NCBI GenBank assembly: GCA_965198175.1
Contig: OZ240245.1
Coordinates: 4,032,001-4,096,000, forward strand
Reading direction: 5' to 3'
Length of the DNA: 64,000 nucleotides
Source of the DNA: Candidatus Poribacteria bacterium
Lineage (GTDB): Bacteria > Poribacteria > WGA-4E > PCPOR2b
The translations under genes were made by a program, and so were the position numbers. How positions within the stretch are numbered: position 1 is the first letter of the stretch; each line of letters begins with the position of its first letter. A model generated the notes under the pieces. It was not told where the DNA came from, ran no database searches, and saw only the letters and a program-made list of their open reading frames with translations. Shown here piece by piece: positions 19,956-31,100 of the stretch.

Positions 19956-20963
19956 TCAACCTTTGAAAGGCAGAAAAACCTGCGAACTTTCAACAAGCCA
20001 AAATTCGCCGCTGCTGGTGTCTGCGAGCATTTTTAACAATACCGCACCGGGGAAATCTTCAGCCATTTCGGTTGCCATTGCAAATATTTTTGTCTTGCCA
20101 GCAATATGTTTCTCGACTGCCTTCACTTCCGGAAAGCCCGAGGTCAAAATGCCGTCACTGAACAGAACGATGATGGTCGGTTGCCCCTTTCTTGCCTCCT
20201 GAAGTGCCTCGAATATGTCCTTGTCAACATAATGTGAGCTTTTCTCGGGTTTCGCGGCATTGAGGTACGCGACCGCGCTGGAGATATTGTCATCATTGAC
20301 AGGTAAGAAATTGGGTTGATAAAATTCGACTTCACTACTGAACGTCATGATGTTAAACTGATCATGCGGCTCAAGAAATGGCAGCGAATCCTGCAAAATG
20401 GCAATGATCTTCTGTAGTTTTCGCGGGTTTAGACCAAGCATGCTCGATGAGAGATCCACACAGTAGACGATTTGTTGAGGATACGGCTGCTTCTCGATAA
20501 ATTTCACCAAGCGACTTTTCGGGCGTTCTTCCTCGACTGGCTCCGTCTTTACAGGAGTTTTCACCATTTCGTGCAGGCGTGGCGCAATTCTCACGGTGTT
20601 GGTTGTTAAGTTGTCGCCGCTGAAATCTAGCGAGCCAAGGTCGCCTAACTTTGTGGGCGCAGCCGCGGAAACAATCCCTCGCTGAGTCACCGGGGCGTTA
20701 CTTGTCAGGATTTTCAAGTTTGGTTGGTTCGTTGTGAGATTTGTCTCGGTGACTTTCTGTATCCGAGCCCTTTTGCGTCGATTCATCCGTTTTATCCTCG
20801 GCTTTTCGACCTTCATCAGTACAGCGGTCACTGCCCCTTCATCCAACGACAGTTCAGCGGTGGACCAGAAAAAGAACCCAACCATGCCGGCGATGATATG
20901 TAAAATAACTGAAACGGCAAACGCTTTGCCTGATTTGTGTTTTGATTTCATGTGGTGATTCAC
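19956..20963 (-). CDS. Membrane-anchored VWA domain protein
   Basis: N-terminal TM AVSVILH; MIDAS DLSSSM; FNIMTFS; LFSDG. Confidence 0.82.
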   Translation of the reverse strand: MNHHMKSKHKSGKAFAVSVILHIIAGMVGFFFWSTAELSLDEGAVTAVLMKVEKPRIKRMNRRKRARIQKVTETNLTTNQPNLKILTSNAPVTQRGIVSAAAPTKLGDLGSLDFSGDNLTTNTVRIAPRLHEMVKTPVKTEPVEEERPKSRLVKFIEKQPYPQQIVYCVDLSSSMLGLNPRKLQKIIAILQDSLPFLEPHDQFNIMTFSSEVEFYQPNFLPVNDDNISSAVAYLNAAKPEKSSHYVDKDIFEALQEARKGQPTIIVLFSDGILTSGFPEVKAVEKHIAGKTKIFAMATEMAEDFPGAVLLKMLADTSSGEFWLVESSQVFLPFKG

Positions 20964-21142
20964 ATTTGGGATGAACAGTGACTAGTGATTTACTGACCAC
21001 TGACCGCTGGCAACTGCTGTTATGTTTGATAGCAAATTGCTAGTGTGGCTTTTTTCGTTGATTTGGGCGGTGGATTCGAGTATAATCGTGATTGCTCTTA
21101 CGTATTATAAACCTTTTCACATGTATGAAACAAGGAGAAAAG

Positions 21143-22201
21143 ATGATGGGGCGAACAGGCAGAGCAGTTATTGCACAAGGACAAGATTTCGAGGTTCGCG
21201 AGTATCCCGTGCCAGATCCGGAACCGGACACAGTTCTACTGCGTCAGGAATTGGCGGGCATCTGTGGGACAGACCTGCACAACTGGCAGAAAGGGTTCGA
21301 CGAAGAAGTCTTACTGGGGCATGAGAATGTAGGAATAGTCGAGGCGATTGGGAAGGGCATTAAGGCAGACTACGTCGGCAATCCCATCCGCGAAGGCGAT
21401 CGCGTCATATTCGCACCGGGAACGGACTACGGCGGGTACGGTTTCCAATATAATCCCGATAAGCCCCCGCATTTTCGCGGCGGGTTCGCCGATTACATTT
21501 ACCTCTGTTTTCCGCGTACCTGTTTCATCAAAACAGACGTCCTAGCGGAAGTAGCTGTGATGACGGAGCCATTCACCATCGGCGTACATGCCGTGATGCG
21601 CGCCAACCTGCAGATTGGCGATACGGTTGTGGTTCAGGGTTCTGGCGCGATTGGATTGGTGACGTTGGTGTGTGCAAAGGTTAGCGGTGCTGCGAAGCTG
21701 ATTATGGTTGGTGGTCCCGCAGAACGACTTGAACTTGCCAGTCGGATGGGCGCTGATGTAACTGTTGACATCGAGAAGGTAACGTCCGTAGCGGAGCGTA
21801 CCGAGCTAGTCAAATCGCATACCCCCAAAAACGCAGGCGCAGATGTTGTCTTTGAGTGTGCGGGGTTTCTACCAGCCATTCCTGAAGGATTGGGCTACGT
21901 TAAGCACAGCGGCACGTTTTGTGAAGTTGGGCACTTTGTTGATATCGGCTCGATTGACTTCAATCCGAACCAATTGCTGATGGTCAATAATGTCCGCTTG
22001 GAGGCGATCTGGGGCAGCAGAGATGAGCATTTTGTGCGTGGGCTCCCGATTCTCGAGAAAAACGAGTTCCCTTTCGCTGACATGGTGAGTCATAAACTAC
22101 CGCTTTCCCGTGTCCGTGAGGGTTTTGATGCGCTGGACGGAAAGTATAGGCTAGGAGATGAAACGGTCATAAAGATCGCTGTCCACGCTCAAGCGGAGTA
22201 A
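21143..22201 (+). CDS. Zinc-binding dehydrogenase (MDR)
   Basis: GICGTDLH, GHENVG, QGSGAIG; AAGGAG RBS before ATG 21143. Confidence 0.9.
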   Translation: MMGRTGRAVIAQGQDFEVREYPVPDPEPDTVLLRQELAGICGTDLHNWQKGFDEEVLLGHENVGIVEAIGKGIKADYVGNPIREGDRVIFAPGTDYGGYGFQYNPDKPPHFRGGFADYIYLCFPRTCFIKTDVLAEVAVMTEPFTIGVHAVMRANLQIGDTVVVQGSGAIGLVTLVCAKVSGAAKLIMVGGPAERLELASRMGADVTVDIEKVTSVAERTELVKSHTPKNAGADVVFECAGFLPAIPEGLGYVKHSGTFCEVGHFVDIGSIDFNPNQLLMVNNVRLEAIWGSRDEHFVRGLPILEKNEFPFADMVSHKLPLSRVREGFDALDGKYRLGDETVIKIAVHAQAE

Positions 22202-22340
22202 TTAAGCTGTGGTTATTGACACAGGGGTAGGCGTGTGTCCGATATGGTTTGAACTTTGCTGATGCCGCTTGTCCTATTAGCGTATTTCAGCGTTGTGTAG
22301 TCACGTTTGTAATGCCTCAATACTTAGTTTAACAGCGTCA

Positions 22341-23336
22341 TTAACTGTCAGGACTTAGGGGCCGCGACATCTCTGTGCGCCCTTCTATTCTTTCAACAAT
22401 AGCACTCGCCAGAAGAGGAATCATGATTTCGTGGTGTCCGGTAAAGGTATACCCCTTTCCGCCGATGTTTGTCGGGCGTTTGACGACGTTTTCTAATGGG
22501 CGATACTGCTGAATCATGTCGAAATCCGCAGTGGTGAAATGGGTAACCTGATTTCCTAGATTGCGCGCAATTGTTAAAGTCTTGAGAAAGACCTCCGGCA
22601 ATATCACCGCAGAACCGAGGTTCAGGACCACACCGCCATCCCCAAGTTCCGAGACGACTGCGGTGAGTATACGAAAATCGGTGAAGCTGGTCTCCCCGAT
22701 TGTTGAGCCATTTGCCAATGGGTGTTGATGAACAATGTCCGTCCCAATTGCAACATGCACTGTAATGGGAATGCCGAGTCGGCAACCAGCGATGAGAAGG
22801 CTCTTATCCTGATATGGAGCATCCAGTTGGATCAATTTTCTTCCCAGCCCTTCTCCCATGCCGATGCCTTTGGCGGATGCGTCGCAGATGGCTTCATTCA
22901 TAAAACGCCCCGTTTCTTCGACCATGCCAAACTGTCCGGTCTGAAGGTATTCACCGACATCTTCGGAGGTTTCACCGATGAGGGCGATTTCAAAATCGTG
23001 GATGCTAGTTGCGCCGTTGAATACAAGGGCAGTGATGACACCGCGCTCCATCAGATCGATTAGAACTGTGCTCAACCCACACTTGACCACATGCCCACCC
23101 GCCATGACGATGATTGGCTTTTGCCGCTGATAGGCTACAGCGATTAGATCCACTAGTTCCAGGAGATCCGTTGCTTTAAGGATTTTGGGCAAGCATGATA
23201 AATATTCCCCTATCCCCGTGTGCGATGAAAGGGGAGCAGCAAAATCGCGGACTGACACTTTGTTGATTCGATCGCGAATCGGATAGGTCTTCACGTTGAC
23301 CAGATTAACAGGTTTCCAATTCCTATTCTTTTTCAT
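22341..23336 (-). CDS. Deoxyhypusine-synthase-like fold protein (GSU2086-type), function unknown
   Basis: GGHVVKCGLS, IHDFEIAL.G.TSEDV, GQFGMVEETG, HVAIGTDI, GSAVILPEVFLK, GHHEIM. Confidence 0.7.
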   Translation of the reverse strand: MKKNRNWKPVNLVNVKTYPIRDRINKVSVRDFAAPLSSHTGIGEYLSCLPKILKATDLLELVDLIAVAYQRQKPIIVMAGGHVVKCGLSTVLIDLMERGVITALVFNGATSIHDFEIALIGETSEDVGEYLQTGQFGMVEETGRFMNEAICDASAKGIGMGEGLGRKLIQLDAPYQDKSLLIAGCRLGIPITVHVAIGTDIVHQHPLANGSTIGETSFTDFRILTAVVSELGDGGVVLNLGSAVILPEVFLKTLTIARNLGNQVTHFTTADFDMIQQYRPLENVVKRPTNIGGKGYTFTGHHEIMIPLLASAIVERIEGRTEMSRPLSPDS

Positions 23337-23411
23337 TGAGAATCAGGGGCGAGTGTGACGGTTCATTTTTCCAAAGCTCTGTTTTCCTAATCCAAAATGC
23401 CTCGCCAAGCT

Positions 23412-24161
23412 TTAATGTTTCCCCGTCAGCGGAACAAACCGGACGGGCATCATCTGTTTGGTTACGATAGAACCATCGGCTTCTTTTCTCACGAGCATCA
23501 GGGCTTGTACCTGAAATCGCCCACCGACCGGGATGCACATTATCCCTCCAGGCTTGAGTTGACGTACCAACGGCGGCGGAATGTGGTCCGCGGCGGCAGT
23601 GACGATAATGGTGTCGAATGGCGCATGTTTTTCCCACCCGTAGTAGCCATCTCCAATCTTTACCGTCATGTTTTTGTACCCAAGGCGCTCGAGCCGAATC
23701 TTAGCTTGTTGACCCAATTTTTTAATAATCTCAATTGTATAAACGTGATCAACCAACTTGCTTAAAACCGCCGCTTGATACCCTGACCCTGTGCCAACTT
23801 CGAGCACTTTGTGCTCCTTCTTGGGTTTCAGAAGTTCGGTCATATATGCGACAATGTACGGCTGTGAGATTGTCTGATCGTATCCGATCGGCAATGGTTG
23901 ATCTGAGTAGGCGCGGGGTTTGTCCACGTCACGGACAAATTCATGGCGAGGCACACGCCGTATGGCTTCTAAAACCCGATCGTCTTTCACGCCAATCCGA
24001 CCGTCCCTGACACCTCGCTGGTCGATTTGTGTCGCTACCATATTGTCGCGCTTGGCTTTGTAATATGCATCATCGCGAGCGCCCATGCCGAGTTGCGGCA
24101 TAACAGCGAATAGGGAACACCCAAGCAGTAACATTATGTAGTTCCCAGACCTCGGTTTCAT
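23412..24161 (-). CDS. pcm: Protein-L-isoaspartate(D-aspartate) O-methyltransferase
   Basis: VPRHEFV, PLPIGYDQTISQPYIVA, VLEVGTGSGYQAAVL, VRFVPL. Confidence 0.95.
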   Translation of the reverse strand: MKPRSGNYIMLLLGCSLFAVMPQLGMGARDDAYYKAKRDNMVATQIDQRGVRDGRIGVKDDRVLEAIRRVPRHEFVRDVDKPRAYSDQPLPIGYDQTISQPYIVAYMTELLKPKKEHKVLEVGTGSGYQAAVLSKLVDHVYTIEIIKKLGQQAKIRLERLGYKNMTVKIGDGYYGWEKHAPFDTIIVTAAADHIPPPLVRQLKPGGIMCIPVGGRFQVQALMLVRKEADGSIVTKQMMPVRFVPLTGKH

Positions 24162-24342
24162 GTCATCCCTCTTTATTTTCTGATTGAAGCGATTTGGATA
24201 GTTGTATTTAATCTAAAAAACTGTGTGAAATCCCGTGCAGCAGCGAGTACATTTTGCCTAACAGAACGTGATTGGGAATCGATATAAACCAGACCAAAGT
24301 ATCCTTGTTAGCCTATTAAGAAGTTGCAATCTCACAAAAAGC

Positions 24343-24717
24343 GCTTGAGTTGGGAATAAGCCGGGTTCTGTTCCCTGATTTGCTTTCGCGCGTCGGGGCG
24401 ATGGTCATTCATCTGGGATTGATGTTTCCATCAACCTCATGCGGCTCACCCGAGGACTAGGCGGGCGCACCCATATACGTCCTCCTATTTGGCCTTGCTC
24501 CAGGTGGGGTTTACCTAGCTCCCGATGTCGCCACCGGGACTGGTGCGCTTTTACCGCACCGTTTCACCTGTACAACGCATAACGCGTTGTAGTCTACTCT
24601 CTGTTGCACTTTCCATAGCGTCGCCGCTCCTGGGAGTTACCCAGCACCTCGCCCTGTGGAGCCCGGACTTTCCTCATTCCGAGTTGTTCGGAACGCGATC
24701 ATCTACCCAACTCAAGC
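24343..24717 (-). ncRNA. rnpB: RNase P RNA (type A)
   Basis: GAGGAAAGUCCGGGC and AACAGAACCCGGCUUAU universal motifs; P1 helix GCUUGAGUUGGG/CCCAACUCAAGC. Confidence 0.97.
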
Positions 24718-24724
24718 TGCCTAA

Positions 24725-24753
24725 ATAATAACATATCGCTTTGTATACGTCAA
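24725..24753 (-). promoter_or_regulatory. sigma70 promoter of rnpB
   Basis: TTGACG-N17-TATTAT, ending about 7 nt before the RNA 5' end. Confidence 0.8.
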
Positions 24754-24927
24754 CTAGCGGACAGGCAATCGGCAGAGTCGTACCGATTGAGGGGTTTGTC
24801 TCCTTGTGTCCGCACCGCATTGTTACGCCAAACGGCATGATGGCGGCGATTGGTTCATCACGAGACAGCATAATCCGTCTTAATTTGGTGATGCAGCAAT
24901 CGATCAGGAACCGAGCAACATCTTGGT

Positions 24928-26025
24928 CTATTTCTTCTTTATTTTACGATTCAACGGTTGAATTTCCACCCCATATCGCAGCTCTGCGACGGATGCGAAA
25001 CGTTTGGAGAGATCGATGACAAGATAGGTCGGTGCGCCCGGCGAGGCACCGTAACCGGTTGTGAAAACAAGCTGACGTTTTCCCAACCTCGCCACGCCAT
25101 CTTTGATATTTGTCTTTGGAAGATACCCCAGCGGTGTATGCCCAACGATTAACAAGCTACCGCCGATTTGTTCAAGGAAGGTGTCCGTTTCTGCAGGTGT
25201 GTATCCGCCAGCCTGTGCAACAACAGGGCGACCCCAAAGCAATTCTCCAAGTATCTTTGAACTTGGTTGTGCGAGACTAGAGAGACATTTAGCGGAACCT
25301 GAAGTACCAGCGTGAACGCCAACGAAACCGTTTTTCCCGATGGCAACGGTTGGGAGGTCGAGTAAGTAATTATACTGTTTATCCGTCATCCGTTCGATAA
25401 AATTGAATTGCTGGAAATAGCCGCCTTGTGGACTGCGATAAAGCGCATCAATTAGTTGCTCTCGGTTGGCTGAGTTCATCCCCCCTTTCTTGAGCATCGC
25501 ATAAGTATTCGCGGCTTCGAACTCGTGGTTTCCCTTGAGGTAAATCAACCGTTCCCCTAATGCTCCGAGTTGTTTCTGGAGTTGCATCAGTCTGTCAACA
25601 ATCCTTGTGTCACCGTACGGTTCAACAATCGAATCGCCCGGCTTGTGATCGACAACATCACCGAGGATTAGTCCGTAGACATCCGCCCCTGATTCAATCT
25701 GCGCGATCAACTTAGTTCGGTCAAGCCACTGATTAAAGTCACGCCAATGCGCATGAAAATCGGTCGCAACGTACACCATTCCGTGATCTGGGAGGATTAT
25801 CAATTCACCATCCCGCACCAGTTGATTGGGGTAATCGGCAAGCTCCTTTGAACCTTGAGACGGTCGGGACACGTTCGGTTCTGCAGCTTTGCTAGAAGCG
25901 CTCAACCCCATCCCCAACAAACAGCAGAAACACAGTAACATGTAAAGTGCCGAATGTGAAGCGTGGAATATAAAAGAGCGGGATGGTACTGATTGATCCA
26001 TCGGTGTTGCGAAACGTTGATTCAT
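24928..26025 (-). CDS. Calcineurin-like metallophosphoesterase with signal peptide
   Basis: DFHAH, GDVVD, GNHE, VHAG, GHTP motifs. Confidence 0.88.
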   Translation of the reverse strand: MNQRFATPMDQSVPSRSFIFHASHSALYMLLCFCCLLGMGLSASSKAAEPNVSRPSQGSKELADYPNQLVRDGELIILPDHGMVYVATDFHAHWRDFNQWLDRTKLIAQIESGADVYGLILGDVVDHKPGDSIVEPYGDTRIVDRLMQLQKQLGALGERLIYLKGNHEFEAANTYAMLKKGGMNSANREQLIDALYRSPQGGYFQQFNFIERMTDKQYNYLLDLPTVAIGKNGFVGVHAGTSGSAKCLSSLAQPSSKILGELLWGRPVVAQAGGYTPAETDTFLEQIGGSLLIVGHTPLGYLPKTNIKDGVARLGKRQLVFTTGYGASPGAPTYLVIDLSKRFASVAELRYGVEIQPLNRKIKKK

Positions 26026-26412
26026 TGATTTACCTAATTTTTCCCTATTAAATCAGAATTCAGCCTACGCATTACGTATCGTGCTTTACATCTTGCATTT
26101 TCCAGGTTGAGTGTGGAGAAGCAGAGCCAAATTCAGGCGAATAGGGTGAAACGAAGCGCTGCGGTTTTCATCGGTTTATTCTCCTTCGCGCGCGCCGATT
26201 GAATCGGGAATAAGCAATTCGGCACGATTGGTAACTCAACGTAATGCAACCCATTTGTACTTGATACCGACGCGTCCCAGCCAATTATAACTCAGGAAGC
26301 TGCCTTAATCAACAAGTTCGATACGCATTTGGAAAGATGGTCGATGTCCCCGTTTCGCAAACCGATGTTATGCACGATGCGCGGGCGTTTTCGCTTTATC
26401 CCCTGTTATCTC

Positions 26413-26441
26413 TTGACATTCCGCTTCGCCTAACGTATTCT
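26413..26441 (+). promoter_or_regulatory. sigma70 promoter (copy 1 of a duplicated cassette)
   Basis: TTGACA-N17-TATTCT. Confidence 0.7.
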
Positions 26442-26567
26442 AAATCGAAAACCAAGATCCACTGCTCACACGCCGATAGGATATGTTATGAAAACAAGCC
26501 GCTTCAAATTTCAACTCAGTTTCGCGCTTCAGATTTTCCGAGAGGTTAGGCGGAGAAAGGGGAACAC

Positions 26568-27848
26568 ATGAAAGTTGTTGATGTCGAACGCACTGTTGTT
26601 CATGTGCCGTTTACGCCTCGGCAGAGCCAAATTACCATCGAGAGCGTATCAACGGTATATAACTGGTCTATTCTGGAGTTGTGTAAAGTAACCACCGATA
26701 CCGGACACGTTGGATGGGGCGAGACAGTGATTCATTACACCTATGGACGCCCCACTGACGAGAGTATACAGCGTGTCTTGGGCGAAAGCCCCGCCAAACT
26801 AATGAACGACGATTCGCTGGGTGCAGGTTTGCAGATGGCACTCTTCGATGTCGTAGGCAAAATCTTGGGTGTGCCGGTCTACGAATTGCTTGGGACGAAG
26901 GTTAGCGATACGGCGCCAATTTCGTGGTGGTCAATTGACGCCTCACCGCAAAATTGGGCGGCTGAAGCCAAGGATGCTGTGGAGAGCGGTTATACCAGCT
27001 TCAAGAACAAGCCGCGTCCGTGGTGGGATATTGTCGATCAGGTTGATGCGATTTCCAAGGTTGTCCCGGCGGATTTCAAACTCGATCTAGATCCAAACAG
27101 CTCCTTCCGCGATTCAGCAACCGCCATTCCTATCATGGAGAAGTTGGCTAAATACGAAAACGTGGCGATGTTTGAATCACCAATACCGCAGGACAATGTA
27201 GCGGACAATAAGCGGATTCGTGAGGCGATAGACCGCCCGATCGCGATGCACTTCGGCTCGCCGCCCTACACCGTCAACATCCGTGAGTCTGTGTGCGACG
27301 GGTACGTCATCAGCGGCGGAAAATCCACCGTCGTGCGACAAGGGTTGTTGAGCGCAGAGGCAGACTTGCCTTTCTGGTTGCAGATTGTGGGAAACGGATT
27401 GACGACAACCTGGGCGGGCCATCTGGGCGCAGTACTCACCCACGCTACTTGGCCCGCGATTACCTGCCTAAACCTTTACAGTCATCACTTGCTGACGAAG
27501 CCAATCGAAGTTGTAGAGGGAGTCCACAGAGTTCCGAACGCTCCTGGCTTAGGTGTTGAAGTTGATGAAGATGCTGTCGAAAAGTACCGCGTACCCGACG
27601 AAAAGCGCGACGTGGAGGGGCTTTATATACATCCGGAACCGCGGATTATCAAGACTGCGGTATATCCTGATGGCAGTTGTATCCATATGGAGGGCGATCG
27701 CCTCAACTATTTCAATAACGGCGAGGGAGAAGCCCAAGTAGAAGGTGCGCGTTTGGAAGTGTGGTACGACAATGGTTCAAGTGAGTGGGCGGATCTGTTC
27801 CACCGAGTCCAGAAGAATCCAGAACCAGACCGTTGGCAGGGGCGTTAA
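26568..27848 (+). CDS. Mandelate racemase/muconate lactonizing (enolase superfamily) enzyme
   Basis: GWGE, MALFDVVGKILGVPVYELLG, KxK (KNK), DPN, ESP, PGLGVEVD. Confidence 0.88.
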   Translation: MKVVDVERTVVHVPFTPRQSQITIESVSTVYNWSILELCKVTTDTGHVGWGETVIHYTYGRPTDESIQRVLGESPAKLMNDDSLGAGLQMALFDVVGKILGVPVYELLGTKVSDTAPISWWSIDASPQNWAAEAKDAVESGYTSFKNKPRPWWDIVDQVDAISKVVPADFKLDLDPNSSFRDSATAIPIMEKLAKYENVAMFESPIPQDNVADNKRIREAIDRPIAMHFGSPPYTVNIRESVCDGYVISGGKSTVVRQGLLSAEADLPFWLQIVGNGLTTTWAGHLGAVLTHATWPAITCLNLYSHHLLTKPIEVVEGVHRVPNAPGLGVEVDEDAVEKYRVPDEKRDVEGLYIHPEPRIIKTAVYPDGSCIHMEGDRLNYFNNGEGEAQVEGARLEVWYDNGSSEWADLFHRVQKNPEPDRWQGR

Positions 27849-27923
27849 GTTAAACGGAAAATCGATTACATGGTCTGTCTAATTGTGTTACGGTGCGTTA
27901 ACCATCGCGTGGACAAATTCAGT

Positions 27924-27951
27924 TTAAACTCTCATCCCTCCCAAACGTCTA
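27924..27951 (+). promoter_or_regulatory. Candidate ECF-sigma promoter
   Basis: AAAC-N16-CGTC upstream of the VIT gene. Confidence 0.4.
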
Positions 27952-28137
27952 TATTGATAACCGCAGTTCAACCAGTCGAGATTAGCAGTTCACACCGATG
28001 AAGGCGCATGTTCTAAGCACCATCCCACCTGAAAGCTCGAATTCAAAGAATTCGCATCTGCAGAAAATCCGTGGTTGGATTCTCGCACTAACTTGGCACG
28101 GTTAGCCAAATCACAAAAACACAATGAGGTGCAAATA

Positions 28138-31100
28138 ATGACAGGACTGAGTTCGTTTATCACCTTGAGTCTGTACGGCGCCATTGCCTTCGCACAAACA
28201 CCACAGCCTATTGACCCTATGGAACAGGAGGTCACCCAAGGCGCGTTGCGCATCAAAACCGAAGATGGAATCGTCGAATGTCCGCTGAAGCACACAGATG
28301 TCAAGGCGAGCATCTCCGGCTTCATTGCTCGCGTGACTGTGACCCAGACGTTCGACAATCCTTACGACGACAACATCGAGGCGGTTTACGTTTTCCCGCT
28401 GCCGCATACCGCCGCCGTGGACGATATGACAATGGTCATCGGTGACCGACGGATTGTCGGATTGATTAAGCGTCGGGATGAGGCGCGTGCCATCTATAAG
28501 CGAGCAATTGCGCAGGGAACGACGGCAAGCCTCCTTGAACAGGAGCGACCGAATATCTTCACACAGTCGGTCGGCAACATCAAACCGGGCAAGGAGATTC
28601 GCATCGAAATTTCCTACGTTGATGTTCTCAATTACGACATGGGCACCTATGAATTTCATTTCCCGATGGTGGTCGGTCCGCGCTATATCCCGGGTGCACC
28701 GATTTCCAAGAAACCGGAGTTGCCGAAAGAATTAAAGGGCAAGGTTGGCGAAGTAGAAGTAGAGGAACCAGCAGAAGGGGGAAACCCGTCCGGCACAGGT
28801 TGGTCGCCGGACACGACGCGCGTGCCGGACGCCTCGCGTATCACACCGCCGGCGCTCAAGCCGGGCTACCGCACAGGGCACGATATTAGTCTTTCGGTGT
28901 CGCTTGAGGCGGGTGTGCCGGTTGAAGACATCGAGATTGTCAATCACAAAGCAACGCTTAAGCGCATCGGAGCATCGGGTGCGGTGGTGGAGATTTCACC
29001 TGCGGATTCGATTCCAAACAGAGATTTTGTGATGAATTACGCCGTCGTCGGTGAAAAGCCGGAGATGGCGGTTTTGGCACACTCCAAAGGCACCGACCAA
29101 GGATATTTCATGCTCATGATTCAGCCTAAAATCGACGCTGAACTCGCCCAAGCTCCACCGCGCGAGCTTGTTTTTCTCGTTGACATTTCCGGTTCGATGA
29201 GCGGTGCGCCTACGGAGAAAGTAAAAGAGGCAATGCGCCACTTTTTCCGTCTCAGCAAGCCGAACGACACTGTGCAGGTCATCACCTTTTTCAACCACGC
29301 TGAGAAGCTGTTTGAAAGCCCGGTACCAACGACTCAAGACAATGTCAAACGCGCCCTGAACTTCACACAGCAGGTTCAAGCCGGTGGCGGAACGGAGATG
29401 CTCAAGGGAATCAAGATGGTGCTCAACGAGCCAGTGGACCCAGAACGGGCGCGCATTGTCGTGATGCTCACAGATGGCTACATCGGCAACGAGGCTGAGA
29501 TTATTGAAGAGGTCGGCAAGCACACCGGAGACCAGATTCGCTTTTGGGCAATCGGCATCGGTTCATCGCCCAACCGTCACTTGATTGATGGCGTGGCAAA
29601 ACAGGGCGGTGGAATGTCTGGCGTTATTGAACTCGATACGGACTCAAAGAAATTGGTCACTCAGATTGTCGAGCGCATTCATCGGGCTCAACTCGCGAAC
29701 ATCCAGGTTGATTGGAATGAATTACCCGTCTACGAAATCTTTCCGCGTCGAATACCGGAACTGTGGGCAGGAAGCCCGGTTATCCTGTTTGGACGCTATG
29801 CGGATGGCGGAAAGACACAGATTGAATTGTCAGGTGTCGCGGAGGGAAAACCGCTCTCTTATTCACTGGACGTAACGCTTCCACGCGCGCGGCCTGCACA
29901 CGGTGTTCTCTCCACGGTGTGGGCGCGCAAGAAGATTGAGGATATTTCAGCACAAATGTTCTATGCCGATACACCGGAAGTCATTGAAGAAATTACCCAG
30001 GTAGCGCTTACTTATCGGCTGATGAGCCAATACACCAGTTTCGTCGCCGTGGATGAAAGTGAGGTTCAACTCGTAAGTCAGCGGGCGGAACCGCCTCGAC
30101 AGGTTCTTGTGCCGGTACCGTTACCGGCTGGGGTTGAGTTCGATGGCGTCTTTGGCGGAAGTACCGTACTCGAAGAGGACGCAAGCTTTCCATTAATGCA
30201 ATCGTCCCGAATAATGAGTTATTCCGCACAACCCAGCCAGCGAAAAGCGGTGAAGCACGGTATCGCACGGCAGCGAAGGTCAACGCCATCCACTTTCCTT
30301 ACACCCACAACAGAAGCGCCATCGAGAGTTTCTATGATGAGATCCACCATTGGCGAAATAAGCGAATTTCGGAAAGATGTTCAAATCCGTTCGGCGCGGT
30401 TAAGTGATGCCTTGTATGACCAACCACGCTTCCGTAGCGAAAGTATTCAAGACTTTGGAAGTGCTCTTTTCGCCCAGTGGTCGATGCAAAGACGCGAAGA
30501 GGTACAAGAAGCATTGGCGGCGGCAGAAGAACTCAAGAAACGCGGCGAACTCGAAGCAGCAAGACTTCGGTATCAGCATGTGTTGGGATTGCTCTCAGGC
30601 ATTGACGATGAAAGGTCACTCGCCGCGACCAAGGTCATCTTCTCGATTACGGACGAGATTGGTCGAAAACGCGCCGAAACCCATCCGCGTTTGAACCGAA
30701 AACTTGACCTCGTTATTCGGAATCAATCGCTTAACGATGCGCTTCGCACCGTCGTCGAAGCAGGCGGATTTGAGCTTGACCTCGTAAGCGGCAGTCTCGA
30801 AGATGTTGTTGAGTTGCTGAATTTGCGGGAACTGCGGGTAACGTATCTCGACCTGCGCTATGCCACAGTGGTTCAGGGGCTGGATTGGCTGCTCGCGCCG
30901 TACCATCTAACATGGCAAATGAAAGACGCGGACACAATTACAGTTGGCACATCGCGACGTCTGCCGGCGCCCTCCGCGTGGGGATACGCAGTTGCTAATC
31001 TCGCGATTCCTTCAGAGGAAGAGTTTAAGAAGTTCAAGTCCGACGAGGACCTCGAAAACTCACTGACAGACTTCTTGAATGGGGTCAGAATTGTCATTGA

